Part shown: piece by piece, positions 12,950 to 25,805 of the stretch
How positions within the stretch are numbered: position 1 is the stretch's first letter
How the letters are laid out: every line of letters begins with the position of its first letter
NCBI GenBank assembly: GCA_001949185.1
Contig: BDGG01000007.1
Span: 2,278,112 to 2,342,111, forward strand
DNA: 64,000 bases
Reading direction: 5' to 3'
From: Ramazzottius varieornatus
Lineage: Eukaryota > Animalia > Tardigrada
Program-made: the position numbers and the translations under genes
The notes under the pieces: generated by a model
The model's database searches: none
What the model saw: the letters and a program-made list of their open reading frames with translations, nothing else
Told to the model about the DNA's origin: nothing

Positions 12950-14253
12950 AGAGTTTGCAGCCTTATTTTTTCACAGAGCGTTCTTCTCTCCGAAGAAAGA
13001 GTAAACGGATACACGCTGCCCTGTTCTCTGGACTGTACAGCTTCGACGTTTGAAAATGAGACAATTGCCTCTTTGACGATAATCCAGGAAGTTGATACAG
13101 CGAGCTGTCGTAGAAAATCAACAATAGAGAAGTTGCACTTTGCACAGATGGTTTGAACAAACGACAGTTTGGACAAAACGATTTGCATTTGGAAAAGTTT
13201 AAACATTCAAGATTTGTAATTCGTCTCGCGATTCACGAAAAGAATGGGGGCTTCGTTCGTGAATCACGCAGAAAATGACCCGTAGATTTCAACCATGAAC
13301 GAATTGTCATCAGTAATGCCCTGGCTGGCCCGGAGCACTGGGAAGCGTAATCGGTGCCCGGGCAACACAGGGCCTCCACTCCGGACAATCAGTCAATCAG
13401 ATTTGCATTTGAGCCGGCTCTTTTCTAACTTGGTGGGCTAATTACTGCCGAACAAACCACCATGGCCAGCAGCGGTCGTTTGTCCCGTCGTTTTTCTCAA
13501 ATTCGCCCGCGTTGTGCAATCTCTCAAAGCTTCTAGCGAATGCTTTTATAGAAATCCAGTTTTCAAAATTAACTAGTTCTCGTTTGTTCAAACCACCTGC
13601 GCAAAGTGCAACTTCTCTAATCCTTACGGACGAAGAGCTCCGGATGAAGAAGGTACACCTGGAAGAAACATGAAATACTGTGCATTCACGCCAGCTTGCT
13701 ACCACCAACAATTCTATGGGGGTTGCCGGCAAAATGGCAGATTCTGTTGATTTCAATTCATTTTCCTCGTTTATTGGGCGTGTGAGCGACACAGGTACCT
13801 GTACGTTAGCAGAAACTGAGTTGCTCATCTATGCTTATACATGGAATTCCAGAGACCACGTTTTGTGACTTTTGTAGGTGACGAAAAGTCTTCCCCACCG
13901 GAGGTCACTCCACCCACTTCTTTCAAACCATCTATCAGTGTATTTCTGCTAAAGATAGCCTAGTGAATGCAGCTTGAGCCATTGTATGTAAAGTGTGAAG
14001 AAGCGAAGGAAAAAGGAATCCAAATTTTTTATAGGTGAGAGGTTCAGGTGGTAGCAACTTGGCGTGAACACCCCGTAGTCCCGAGAGGAAGAGAATCACA
14101 AACTCGAGTTTGCGGATCGCGACAAAGTCAGAGCAGCGAAAACCTGGTACGCAGCGGCCAAGCATTACGGGCTGCTGCCATTACGACTGTCCGGTTGGCC
14201 GCTTTGCCTGATTCTGGTCTGCTGACTTTGAGTTTCGGGAACAGCGGTGGACG

Positions 14254-14834
14254 TAAGGTTGTAAGGTTTAATTCCATTCCTTTCCAAATTCCGTTCCATT
14301 CCTGGAATTCCGTTCCGTTCCAAGGGGTTGCCGTTTGGAACGGTGGAATTCCTATTTGGAAAACTAGCAAAAATCGTAAAAAATTTAGGAATTCCACGAG
14401 GTAAACAGTCGAAGATCCAGCAGATCCTGTCGAAAACCTGAACCAGATGCTGGCTCACACATGCGTACCACTGAGGCTAATTGGTCGTTCAGTTGAACGA
14501 CCAATAGCATTTTCGATCCGTCGCACTAAAGTATGCGGCGCATTCAACTGTGCGTAACTCCTTGATTTTCCCTTGGACTTTTAGGTCCGACAAGACCGGA
14601 AGTTCGGATCGGCCAATCTCCAGCTGGCTTTCAGTCTCAAAACCAATATTTGTTGATGACTTCAGATCATTTTACGGTTTTAGATGGGTATGTAAACAGA
14701 ACTAAGCTGGCAAATGAGACTTTGTAATTCCTGGTTCTGGCGATGACTTTCTGGAGAAGGAAATAGGAATATAGGAATATTAGGAATTCTTTTCCTATTT
14801 TCCAAGGGCACTCGGCCTGGAATTTACAAGCTTA
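14254..14834. mobile_element. 581-bp non-autonomous hAT-type element (cargo-free relative of the NUMT-containing element)
   Basis: TIR TAAGGTTGTA ... TACAAGCTTA; perfect 8-bp TSD GGTGGACG (14246-14253, 14835-14842); GGAAT/ATTCC subterminal repeats. Confidence 0.9.
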
Positions 14835-14844
14835 GGTGGACGGG

Positions 14845-14970
14845 TAGTGCTGGCAGAAATACGATAAAAATCGATACGATATTTTCGATATAATATCGGC
14901 GGATATTTTATCGCGGTCTTCGATATTTATGCGATATCGAAATTTCGATACGATATTTTTCCATTGGTTT
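14845..14970 (+). mobile_element. End of another hAT-like element with CGATA subterminal repeats
   Basis: TAGTGCTGG terminus followed by many CGATA/TATCG repeats; partner end and TSD not established. Confidence 0.4.
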
Positions 14971-16315
14971 TTCGGAATTCCACTGGTCCAAGCCCGAAAA
15001 CTCAACAAGCCGATTTCCAAAAAAGTATTAGTAAGATCGAAAGCGTCGGATGCAGCAAAGACATGATTATACCAAGACTTTAAACACATGGAATCCTGGA
15101 CAGAATTAGTACCAGAACCGTATGGGCGGAGTGTGCTCGGTACACCATGGCCAAAATCAGTTTTTGGAATCAACCATGGTCTTCCGTTGATTAACAATGA
15201 ATTGATTACTCTTAGGACCCTGCCGGTCGGACGATGGTACGACCGACAGGGTATGACGTAACTGCCTGCTGCGCGATCGGCAGCGACGCGGCTGGGCAAC
15301 TAGGTAGGAAGGTAGATGATCGTACAATGGTAAAATCGCTAGAGTGGGTGGGTGGGTAGGTTGGCTGACCAGTAGTGGTTGACCATTGATCTTGGTAGAT
15401 TAACTACTAGTGGCTAACCGTTGGTCTCGCTGTCTTGACCACTGGTGGTTGACCATTGGTCTTTCTAGGTTGAGCACTAGGGGCCGGCCATTGGTTTTGC
15501 TATGTTTGACCACCGATATTAGCCATTGGCATTGATCGGTTGACCGCCCAATCGCAGCTGGTTTATTGGCCCGTTCTTTCTGTCTATTGGTCTGTGGGCG
15601 TGGTAACCGGTCTGGGCTTTTTATTACTTCAGATGTAAATGAACCTTGGTTTCCATCCTTTAATCTTTCCGCCATAGGCTCAGGTTCGCCATAGTTTCCC
15701 CAATTTAAGGGCTTCAGAATGCTGAACAGCTTTCTACGATGACTCTAGCGGTCTATGATTCATTCCAAAGCTCCGCTGGAAGGCCAGCCTTTTGGGCGGA
15801 GCTCTCGCAATTATCCAAAACACGGAACGGCTTTCTAACATCAAGCGCAGCCCAACTTCGGAACGGCAATCGGTCGATCAATATTTTTCGTATGAAAAAT
15901 ACCGTTTCGAATGTTGTTCGAACACCAGGTCTCTTGTTCAGTAGGGGTAGAATTTGCGTACTGACCACAAGATTGCCAGTTTTACCGGTTTTTGACGACC
16001 CATAGGTGCAAGTTCTGTAATTTTCCGTATTAGGCTGAATAAATCACCCGTCCACCGCTGTTCGGGAATTCGAATTTTTCGAAGCATGATTTCTTCTTGT
16101 AGTTGTTGGTATTCCTCTTTCGTTCTTGTGACTCTTGTACTGTAACTGCTTGGTGCGTACCGAAGTGGACACTGTCAAAGCTTTCGTTTTTTGGGAGTTG
16201 GGATGCAGTAGCGAGAGGAGAGTCAGCCAGCCAGTTAACCGCCGCAAGCCCAGCTGGTAAGTCGCGTTTCCAACTTGGGTTCTCTTCTGGCCTGACTCTA
16301 CGCTTCGCAGTAAAC

Positions 16316-19300
16316 ATGTCTTCATCTGACAAGCCGTCCCCCTTCACCGACGAATCGTTCAGGGAATGGTTTACTAAATCCGTGTCCAATTCGTGTGACG
16401 ACATGCTTAAGAACCAGCCCAAGCCGGGAGCGCCAGCAAAGCCCAGAGGACAGCCAAAAGCCAAACAAGCTCCCTCCTTCGACATGCAGATGACGCGTGC
16501 CGTTCGTCAAAGAGCATCGCCTGCCTCATTCTCCTCGTTCAAGAGCTCCGCCAGCAGTGCCGCCATACCCGTCCGCCGCCTCGATGACGCCGAGGCCAGC
16601 ATGACATCTTACAAGAAGATACGGCGCATTGTCAGTGCTTCGGACGTCAAGGATGACGAAAGAATCATCCAAGCTAGCGACTGCATCGAGCTGGTCAGTG
16701 GGGAGCCTTCCTTCCTTGTACCGCTGTGCATCGATTGCTTCTTGGCCAAGAAGAGAGGAGATAAGAGCCACCAGTTCGACAACACATGCCGTTTTGGCAA
16801 GAACACCTATTTACGATGGTAAAAATGTGCGCCAGTGAAACGGGGCAAGCTTAAAGAATGGCCATCTTGTTCGGCGGCGAAGTCATACGTTTCTCAAATT
16901 TTCAGTGATCAGGTTGCGAACTGTCGTATGCAGTGATGACATCACGCGCCGTGACATAGATTAGGTGCGCCAGTCGAACGAGAAACCGCACAGAACCAAG
17001 AATGTCAAATTGACATTTCCGTGGCGTGGCATAGGTCAGGCCTGCATGGCTTAATTGCCTGTGACCTGGTCTGCGTAGCTTCAGTGAGGTGATTGAATGT
17101 GTCGAACTTTTATCAAGCTCATCAAGTGTGCATCAATCTTTCAGGGTGACGATGGAGCCGGTCGATCCGTTGCAGAAAGGTAGCCAAAGACAGCTGAGAG
17201 TTCGAGGCTTGGTGACGGAAGAGGAAAGGATGAAGCTGGATGACATTCGCGACAGTCACGGTCCTAATTTCAGCCAAGCCGAATGCGAGGCCACCAAGTC
17301 GCTCTTCTCCAACAACCGTCTGGACGTCGAGGCCATACATTACATTGTAGGCTGTATCCTTCCCGCCTTCAAAGCAGCTGTTGAGGAGGAGAAGGAAGCC
17401 TTGGCGGCTTTCGCCAGTGGCTCGGTGCCAACAGCCCTAAAGAACGTTCCCAACGGCTTCCGGGAGAACTGTGACGTCTGTGAAACTGCCATCTTCGATG
17501 TCCATTACGTCTGCCAGTTTTGTGGCTTCTCCCTCTGTCTGGCTTGTAAGAAGGAGCAAGAAGTGCGCCATCAACCTTCCAGTGGCCGTAAGTTTGACTT
17601 TTCTCCAATCCTTCCTCCGGCAAGGATTTGTCGTTTTGCAGTGCGACCAAAGTCTCACCGGAAGTCCTTCTTCCAAGAGGAGCACTTTAAGTCAAGCTTT
17701 ATGGAAGTGCCTCGTGATGGGCATTACTGGTATGCCTGTTGTTCCAACCCCGCATCGCCTTTCCCCGCCAGCGACTACGCTCTTGCCTCAACCTCTTCCG
17801 CCTACTCCATTGAAGGCTTTCCAACCGATACCTTCCCCCACCACTTTACCCCCACCCTCATTCTTCCCCACAAAGGTACCGTAACCATAGCTGACGGGCC
17901 GGCAAACGAAACATGCACCATCATATTCTGCAGTGGCGCACGCTGACAGCTCATAACATTGAAAGCCTGCGCCACAAGATCGACTTGTCCCATTGGCGCA
18001 CGCTTCCAGCCACAAATCAGCAGAACATGCGCCAATTGACATAATACTAACCTGCAGGTTTCGTGTGCGGACCTGCCGATTGTGTTGAGAACCGGTATGC
18101 TTTTGCAGCTTTGGAAATTTTCGTCACGGCTTCGGAGAAAATGATGGAGCGATGTGGTAAGGTGGGCTCAAAGTCTCCTTCGGCGCCAGAAAGCAGCGTC
18201 CCTTCTGCCCGTGGAAAGTCTGGCAGTGCTGCTGTGACTAACGGTCCGTTGCCAAAGTCTGTTGCTGGCAACAGCCTCAACAGTATCGGGCCTTTGAATG
18301 GGTTGAAGGCCATAGCCACCAAAGAGCTGGTGGCCACCGTGTCGAAGAAGCCCATCACGCTGAATGGTATCAGGCCGCAGACAGCCACCTGGCTGGACAA
18401 GCTGCTCAACCAAGGCCTCTTGGAGATTGACGGCGTGCGCAACAGTGTCGTCTCGGAAGCGCTGGTCATCAAGACAGCTGCTGTGGGCCAACAGGACTGG
18501 GAAGAAGGCGCATACGTCAGCAGTGTGCCCAGTCCGGGGCAGCAGCTACTCCATAACGGTAAGGCTTATAAGGCTGCCGCCCCTCCACCGACTTGTATTT
18601 GGCCATATTGGCTACTGCAAGGCTCAAATACATCCATACATGGGCTTTGATTTCGGCCACCGCCATACTGTAATGTAGGGGGCTTTGACCATCTTTTTGT
18701 ATGCAGGTGGTTTCGAGCTTGGCTTCATACAGCTGCATACAGTAACATATGGTGTTTTAGTGGTTGAATGGCTGTAGGTGGAGTTTTGTGGTTCGAGGCT
18801 GATGATGGGCCACGAGTCAGTCCGGGAGGGATGCAGGCGGACCAGTGTGACAGCCCGGAAGCCTTGAAGGATTTCAGAAGACACTGGAAGCAAGGCCTGC
18901 CCGTGGTGGTATCAGGTGTGACGGACAGACTGAAGAGACCGCAACTGTGGTTGCCCGAGACCTTCAAGCAGCGCTTCGGGCCGCAGAAGGTCTTCCTGCT
19001 GGACTGTGCCATGAAACCACAGAAGCTGTATAGACACCTGACTCACCAAAACTTTTGGGACGGCTTCGATAACTTTGACCGTAAGCAGTTGTCAATTTGG
19101 CTGAACGGACTTGACTGTCACGAACCTGCCTACAGTGTAGAGTCAGTTCAGGACAGTCCTTGTGTATGCAGGTTCGTGCATTGTATCTTGGCTGTTAGTT
19201 GGGCTTACTGATGGCTTATTCAATGTAGTGATCTATTTTTGGGGCCTTGCAGTGAGAAGAGCAGTGGGCAAGAAAATGCCGCTGTGGAAAATTAAAGACT

Positions 19301-20740
19301 GGCCGACGGAAACAACCTTTAGCGAGCTGCTGCCCGAGCATCACGCTGACCTGATGCAAGCTCTGCCCTTCAACAGCTACACCAACACGACCGGCATCTA
19401 CAACCTGGCCTCCTACCTTCCCAGACGTTGTAACCCACCAGACCTGGGACCCAAAGTCAGTTTCCACCATGATGCGAATATTTCATGGCCTTTGTCAGTC
19501 ACCAGTTTCCTACAGCTCTTTGACATCTCTCTGACCAGCCTTACTCACTGTCTTTTGCAGATGTACATTGCGTATGGAGCAGCTGGACAAGCCAAGCTAG
19601 CCACGACCAACCTTCATCTGGACATTTCCGACGCCGTCAACGTTATCGTTCACGTGGGAGTGCCAACCGGAAGTGGATCGGCAAAAGCTTTGAAAGGTCA
19701 AAGACTTGTTTCCCTTTCTCATGACTACCTTTTTGGTTGATCTGTTTTTTGTCAGCAGATGCCGAGAGGGAGCTGAAGAAGCTGAAGCTGGACAAGAACA
19801 TGCGAGAGCGACTGGCAGCCAGGGAAACACCGGGCGCCGTCTGGCAGATTTATCGCCCACAAGACTGCGACAAGATCCGCGACTTCATCAGGCTGTTATG
19901 GAAGGAAAGACGGACGGCTGCTCAACGGGCCAACGACGACCCCATCCACTCGCAGTCTGAGTACCTGAACCACCAGCTGAGGCAACGCCTGGAAAAAGAG
20001 TACGGCGTCGTCGGCTTTGATATCCTGCAGTTTGAAGGCGACGCCATTTTCATTCCGGCCGGCGCTCCTCACCAGGTCAGCTCTTCCTACTCAGTCAGCT
20101 TCTTCTCCACCTGCCAAGCTCTAAAGCCGTATCGACGCAAACAAACTTGGACAGGATCCTTTTCCAGATGGCGCACGCCCACAGCCCATCATACGAGCAA
20201 CGTGCGCCACTTGGGCAAATAGAATAGCTCCATAGGGCTTATCAAGTGGCGCAGTCTTCAAGCTCTTATGAGACTGAAAGCGTGTGCCACTTGGGAAGGC
20301 CTTCTTGTCGAGTCTGTCTGGCCATCTCTCCAGCATCATAAAAGCAGATGATATACAGAACTATGTACGACTGGTGACAGTTTTGAACTATTTGTTAGGT
20401 CTGGAATATCCACAGCTGTATCAAGTGCGCCGAGGACTTTGTTTCGCCCGAACATGTCGACCGCTGCGTGGCCTTGACTAGAGAGTTCCGCACATTGCCC
20501 AAGGATTTTGAAAATAAAACCGACAAGTTGCAGGTACCTCGTACCCCTCCAAGTCTTGCAGCAGTGGCCCAAGTCAGGCGGCAGCTTTTGAGAATGTAAT
20601 CACTGCATCTCGTTTGGTAGGTGAAGAATATCCTATTTCATACTCTGAAGAGTATGGTATCTTCCATGAAGGAAATCGACGGCAAGAAGACAGCGGCCAG
20701 AGACAAGGGTAGTTCGAGGAGAAAGAAGTGGAGCGGTTGA
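16316..20740 (+). CDS. KDM3: Lysine demethylase KDM3/JMJD1 (zinc finger + JmjC, multi-exon)
   Basis: [26 protein letters not shown]; [16 protein letters not shown]; KIKDWP; PDLGPKMYIAYG; [13 protein letters not shown]; [10 protein letters not shown]; DKLQVKNILFH. Fe-binding HxD...H is intact. Confidence 0.93.
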
Positions 20741-21205
20741 AAGAAAAACTTCCGTACTACGGTTTCAGATGATTTGATAGTATTGAGTTTGCAAGCTCGA
20801 CTGGCCAGATCTCCACTCGTCCTTGCGTTTCTTTCGACGCCGACGACGACGACGGCTTTACGTTGTGGCCCTTTATTTTGTTTTGTTCTTTCATCCCTAA
20901 TGAGCCCACTGACCAAATGACGCTTTCTTCTGTTGTTGTTCCTGAAATAACTCTCGCAGCAATAACTCTTGACACTTTATACTAGTTGGAAATCAATGGC
21001 AGATTTGTTGGGGTACAAAATGCCAATATCGTTCTCTCGAATTGCAGAAAGTCGAATCGTTACATGAAGGATGGGATACTCTCGGAATATTGTCAGGAGT
21101 TTTGTTGCAAAAATTCGAACGTGTTAGAAAATATTAATAGACTTTGCAGCGAATCGGTGCGAAATTCTAGAATATCTTAAGTACGTCTTTTTCAAAATGA
21201 AACAT

Positions 21206-23808
21206 TTATTTGCCCAGCTTCTTTTTCAGTTCACTGCCAATCTTTTCGATAAACTCCACCGTCTCCATATAATCACTGCGAGTGATCCTAGAGGGCAGAA
21301 AAGGTGCAGTTTTGCTGTCATGCTATCAGACTTAGCAGACAGAAGGAAAGAGTTGCTTACTTGCTCATACTGCCTTTGATACAAAGCGCCAAGTCTTTGG
21401 TCATGAAACCGGCCTCGATTGTCTCAATGCAAGCTTCTTCCAAAGCCGTGGCGAAGCTTTGCAGCGCACTGTTGTCATCCAGTTTGGCGCGATGTTCCAA
21501 ACCCCGCGTCCAAGCGAAAATGGAAGCTGCAAAGATAGAACAGGCTCTTCATAAGTTGCGGCGGAAAGTGAAGTTGACTTTAGGCTTACCGATGGGGTTG
21601 GTGGAGGTTTCTTTGCCTTGTTGGTACTGTCGATAGTGTCGGGTGACGGTGCCATGTGCCGCTTCGGCTTCCACCGTCTTGCCATCGGGACATATCAGCA
21701 CGCTGGTCATCATGCCCAGCGAACCGTAGCCTTGAGCCACCGAATCGGACTGGACGTCTCCGTCGTAGTTCTTGCAGGCCCACACAAAGCCCCCTTCCGA
21801 CTTCATGGCTTGGGCAACCATGTCGTCGATCAGACGGTGTTCGTAGTAAATTCCATTCTTCTCAAACTCCGCCTTGTAACTCCTACACAATAACACAACA
21901 ACAACAACAACAACTTTCATGAATGAAAGCACCTCAAACAAAGTCCATTGCATCGTTTTCCTCAGTGACGCACGCCTCCAACCAGAAACAACGAAAACCT
22001 CTGCCACCTGGAAAACGCTCTTGCTCAGTTCCCAAGTGGCGCACGTATTCGGTGTCTTCAGCCTGAAGCATGCGCCACTGGCGGAAAAACGATGTGGTCG
22101 AGTTTCCAAACATTTTCATGCAGTTTTTGTATCCGTGCTTTGTACTGCAGTTTTCTCCTGAAAAAGCAAGAGATATTCTTACTCTTGATAAATGTTTTCG
22201 AAGATGTCTTTGAAGCGTCCATCGTATCGTTTCAGAATGGTGTTCTTCGTGCTGGAAGTAAAGAAAGACACGTTTGAACTGGATGTCTCGAACCGAATAG
22301 CTTTGGGAGGGATATTGACGTTGGCTTGCCTCATGTAAAGGACCATCTTTCGGTCCAGAGCATATTTGAAGGAGCTGTGAGCAAAGTCGGTGATGGACTT
22401 GTCGGTGTTGTACATGCCCAGCGCCACACCGCCGCCATCCTTGAATTCAAAAATGGTCTCATCGATGGCTTGCCCGTTGCCTCCTGCCGCCGGAGTCCAG
22501 CTGATCTTCAACGTACCGGCACCTGGCACCACAAAGTCTTTGGCTTTGTACTACGAACAATCAAAAGCCAGGCGTATTAAGAGAGAACGGGGAGGGGATC
22601 AGGCAGGAGGACCGTACTTGGTCGCCATAAGCATGACGGCCGATAATGATAGGCTTGACCCATCCCGTCACCAACCGAGGAATGTTCTTGCAGATGATGG
22701 CTTCGCGAAAGACGGTGCCACCCAGGATGTTGCGAATGGTACCGTTGGGCGAAGGCCACATCTTCTTCAGCTTGAACTCTACAATGAAGAAGAAAAGAAC
22801 GCGGTAAACACCAAATGTATATGGCGGTAGTCTTGTGGTGCCCAGTTGACCAATGGCTGATCTCAATCAACTCAAGGAACCAAAGTCTGCGTAAGGTTGT
22901 ATGACATGACACGGTAACATAATTGCCATAATTTGTCGTTTGTTCAGCAGCAATTGTTCTGGCTTCTGTTTTCTGTTCGTCCGCTTTCTTGAAATACAAC
23001 TTATTTTGCTCCGGGACTCTTGCAGGAACTCACCTTTGACTCGCTGCTCATCCGGAGTAATGGTGGCGCACTGTAAAGTAGGATAACGGCTCGTTCAATT
23101 TGACTTTCCAGGTTTTCCTCAATCAAATATCTTCCGAAGATTGAGTCTCACTTTGATGCCGACATTGTACCGTTTGATGGCTTCCGCGCAATCGATGGTT
23201 ACTAGACAAATACAAGGACGGATATTACGTGAACGTAAACACCGATGGGTGCAAAGATAAGACAGCCACGGTAAGACACACCTTGATCGTCTGTGGTGTT
23301 GCGATTTTCAATGCCCAAGTCGTAGGAATGCAGCTCCATGTCCACGTGGGGAAAAATCAAATGCTCCTTAATCTTCTCCCAGATTATCCTACACACACAC
23401 CCTTTCCGTGCGGACAGATGGCAAATATTTTCAGAAAGAAAAGTCATACCTGGTCATTTCATCCCCTTGGACTTCGACGACCGGTCCAGCTGAAAAATAA
23501 GAGTTTATCCACTTTACCGGAACCTACACACTTCCGGTTCACAACCCGTACACAGCTCACTGTATGCAGGTGTACGACACAGATGGGCACATTTGTCCAA
23601 AACAAGTCGGAACATAAGCTGGTGAAAACTGAAGCATGTACTTACCTTTGATTTTCTGTGCCATGATTGCAGAGACAGAGAAGCCGCGTTGAGGATATCC
23701 AGCAAAAGAGGGAAGACACGCGGGGGACGAGGAAGGGAATGGCGTCAAAAGACGATGGTATGCGTGGCTGACAGCATTCACAGCATTCACCGAAAGCCTT
23801 ATCGACAT
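21206..23808 (-). CDS. IDH: NADP-dependent isocitrate dehydrogenase (multi-exon; core ATG at 23664, upstream in-frame ATG at 23808)
   Basis: [80 protein letters not shown]. Confidence 0.96.
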
Positions 23809-24332
23809 CACTGAACTTTAGCACGTCTCCAGGTAAGCGGTTGCTGCTGGCATGAAGTTTCAACAGAGCTTCCTTCCACGCTGAACGCAAACCGGAAACG
23901 CTTCCACCTGCTGCCTTTCCAGCTTCACAGTTGAAGGGAAACCAGCTGACACAATTGAATCATATACTGCAGGCTGGAAGTCCACGAAAACTGAATCCAG
24001 GGTTTCGGTCCGATTACAAAGTACAGTGAGCAGCCCTGATTTCTGTTCCGCGCTCGTGACGCGTCCATAAAGCTTTCTGTGTTTACTGCCGTACAGACTT
24101 CTGTCAGACTGTGTTATGTCATCGTGTTTCATGCCACATGACAGCAAATTACGTCATCGCGGCCTTGTTTTGATTACTTTGTTTGATAGAGTGCTTTATT
24201 GCCACGATACGATACTAGTACGTTGTTCCAGTCAGTCGATTGTCTTTTTCTCTTCCATTCCCCGATTTCTCCATGATGTTTCGACCGATGAAGCATGAAA
24301 GAAAAGAGCATGGCTGGCGATAACAGGAAAGC

Positions 24333-25605
24333 ATGCGGGTGAATAAAGGAAAGCAGATTCGAGTGACACTTGGTCAGCCAGGAAGGAACCATCTGGCCAG
24401 TTTCTGCACCATCCTTTCCTTCTTTGGTGTGTTAACTTCCTTGACGCTGATCGCGGTTGGAGCAGCCATCCACCTGCTCATCGGGACATACGCTATGCTT
24501 TTGGACAAGTACAACGGCTCGTACCTGACGTTCATCCTGGTCGGCATCGGGTTAGCGGGTGTCGCCGTGCATTGCTTGCTGATCTTCCTTCTAGTTGACT
24601 TTACCAACGAAGAACGGGCGGAACACTTTGGCAAGGTCTGCTTGGCTGTCCTTACTTGTGCATTGCTAACTTTGATTGCGGGTATCATCTGCTTCACGCA
24701 TATCGCTCAAGTCAAGGCTTCCTTCAAGTCGGGTATATTTAACGGCATCAAAAACTACAAGGTAAACTTCGTAACAGTAACATCTCACACCAAACAGGCA
24801 CATGATGTCATGCGTTTCTATCGCGTTTCTATCGGGTCAACTGCTGAGCCGCAGTGACGTCAAGCGCGCGTGTATGTTGAGGAAGTGATGTTACGTTTTT
24901 GTCGTTGCAGAACAGCACGGCCATGAAGACGGCCATTGACGAAGTGCAGATTCAATATCAGTGCTGTGGAGTCAAAGGATACGAAGACTGGTTCAGTATT
25001 CAGTGGAGCAACGAAAGTGTGGCCGACAAGGCCAAAATCGAAAAGTAATCTCGACCACCCTAGTTATTCGCAATTGACTGGTGGAATAAGAATATGGGCA
25101 AAAAGTTGGTCCAATACTCTTGTAAGCTAATGCCGGTCTGACTTCAGCTCTTTGGAGGATGAATGCTTTTGTGTGTATGAATGGAGATGTAAGAGATAGA
25201 TGAGGATGATGTTATTGTTTCAGGAAGAGGGTGAAAAGTATCTACCACTCGGACGATGTGCCCTTCAGTTGCTGCAAGGCGGCCTCCATGCGGCCCTGCA
25301 TCCACGAGGCCCTGCAGACCAACGGCCACCACTACAACTATGACTTCCGCAAGAACGTCACCGTTCACACTACGGGATGCCTGGCTAAGCTGGCCACCTT
25401 TTTCGGCCCTGGTCTACTCTTCATCATGGGCATTCTCATCTGCTCCATCAGCCTATTGGACACGGCCATTGGCCTGTCCACTCGATTATTGTATACATCC
25501 TTACAAAGCGCGCTAGAGGCCGGTGACCAATTTGGTCCCGGCGTTGGTTTGCTGCTTCCCGGTGATATAGAACCTTACGAACCACCAACTGCCCCACCCA
25601 GATAA
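24333..25605 (+). CDS. Tetraspanin, peripherin-2/ROM1-like (3 exons)
   Basis: Three N-terminal TM helices; QYQCCGVKGYEDWFSIQW; DDVPFSCC...RPCIH; fourth TM helix. Confidence 0.88.
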
Positions 25606-25805
25606 AATCTCCCAAAATATTACCAGTCATCAATCCCATCGAACTATGCAGTAGATTTGGTCGTGAATGTCATTCATATGAAAGGCACTTTTATACCTTG
25701 AATATGTTTCTTTAGGAATGTTTCAGTAAATTCTTTGGAGAGGAAAAACAAGTGAGGAGAGTCAAGTTTGATACCGTAAAGTATATCTTGGTCTTTGGGA
25801 AGAGT

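Noticed and set aside
13442-13828. 128-aa minus-strand ORF
   Set aside because: No motif or family recognised.
15330-15620. GACCA/TGGTC repeat region as the partner end of the 14845 element
   Set aside because: AGCACTA at 15473-15479 matches only 7 bp and the flanks give no TSD.
2470-22110. CRISPR-like reading of conserved arms around variable 25-nt spacers
   Set aside because: Eukaryotic introns, no cas genes, arms are inverted rather than direct, and spacers share a weak consensus.
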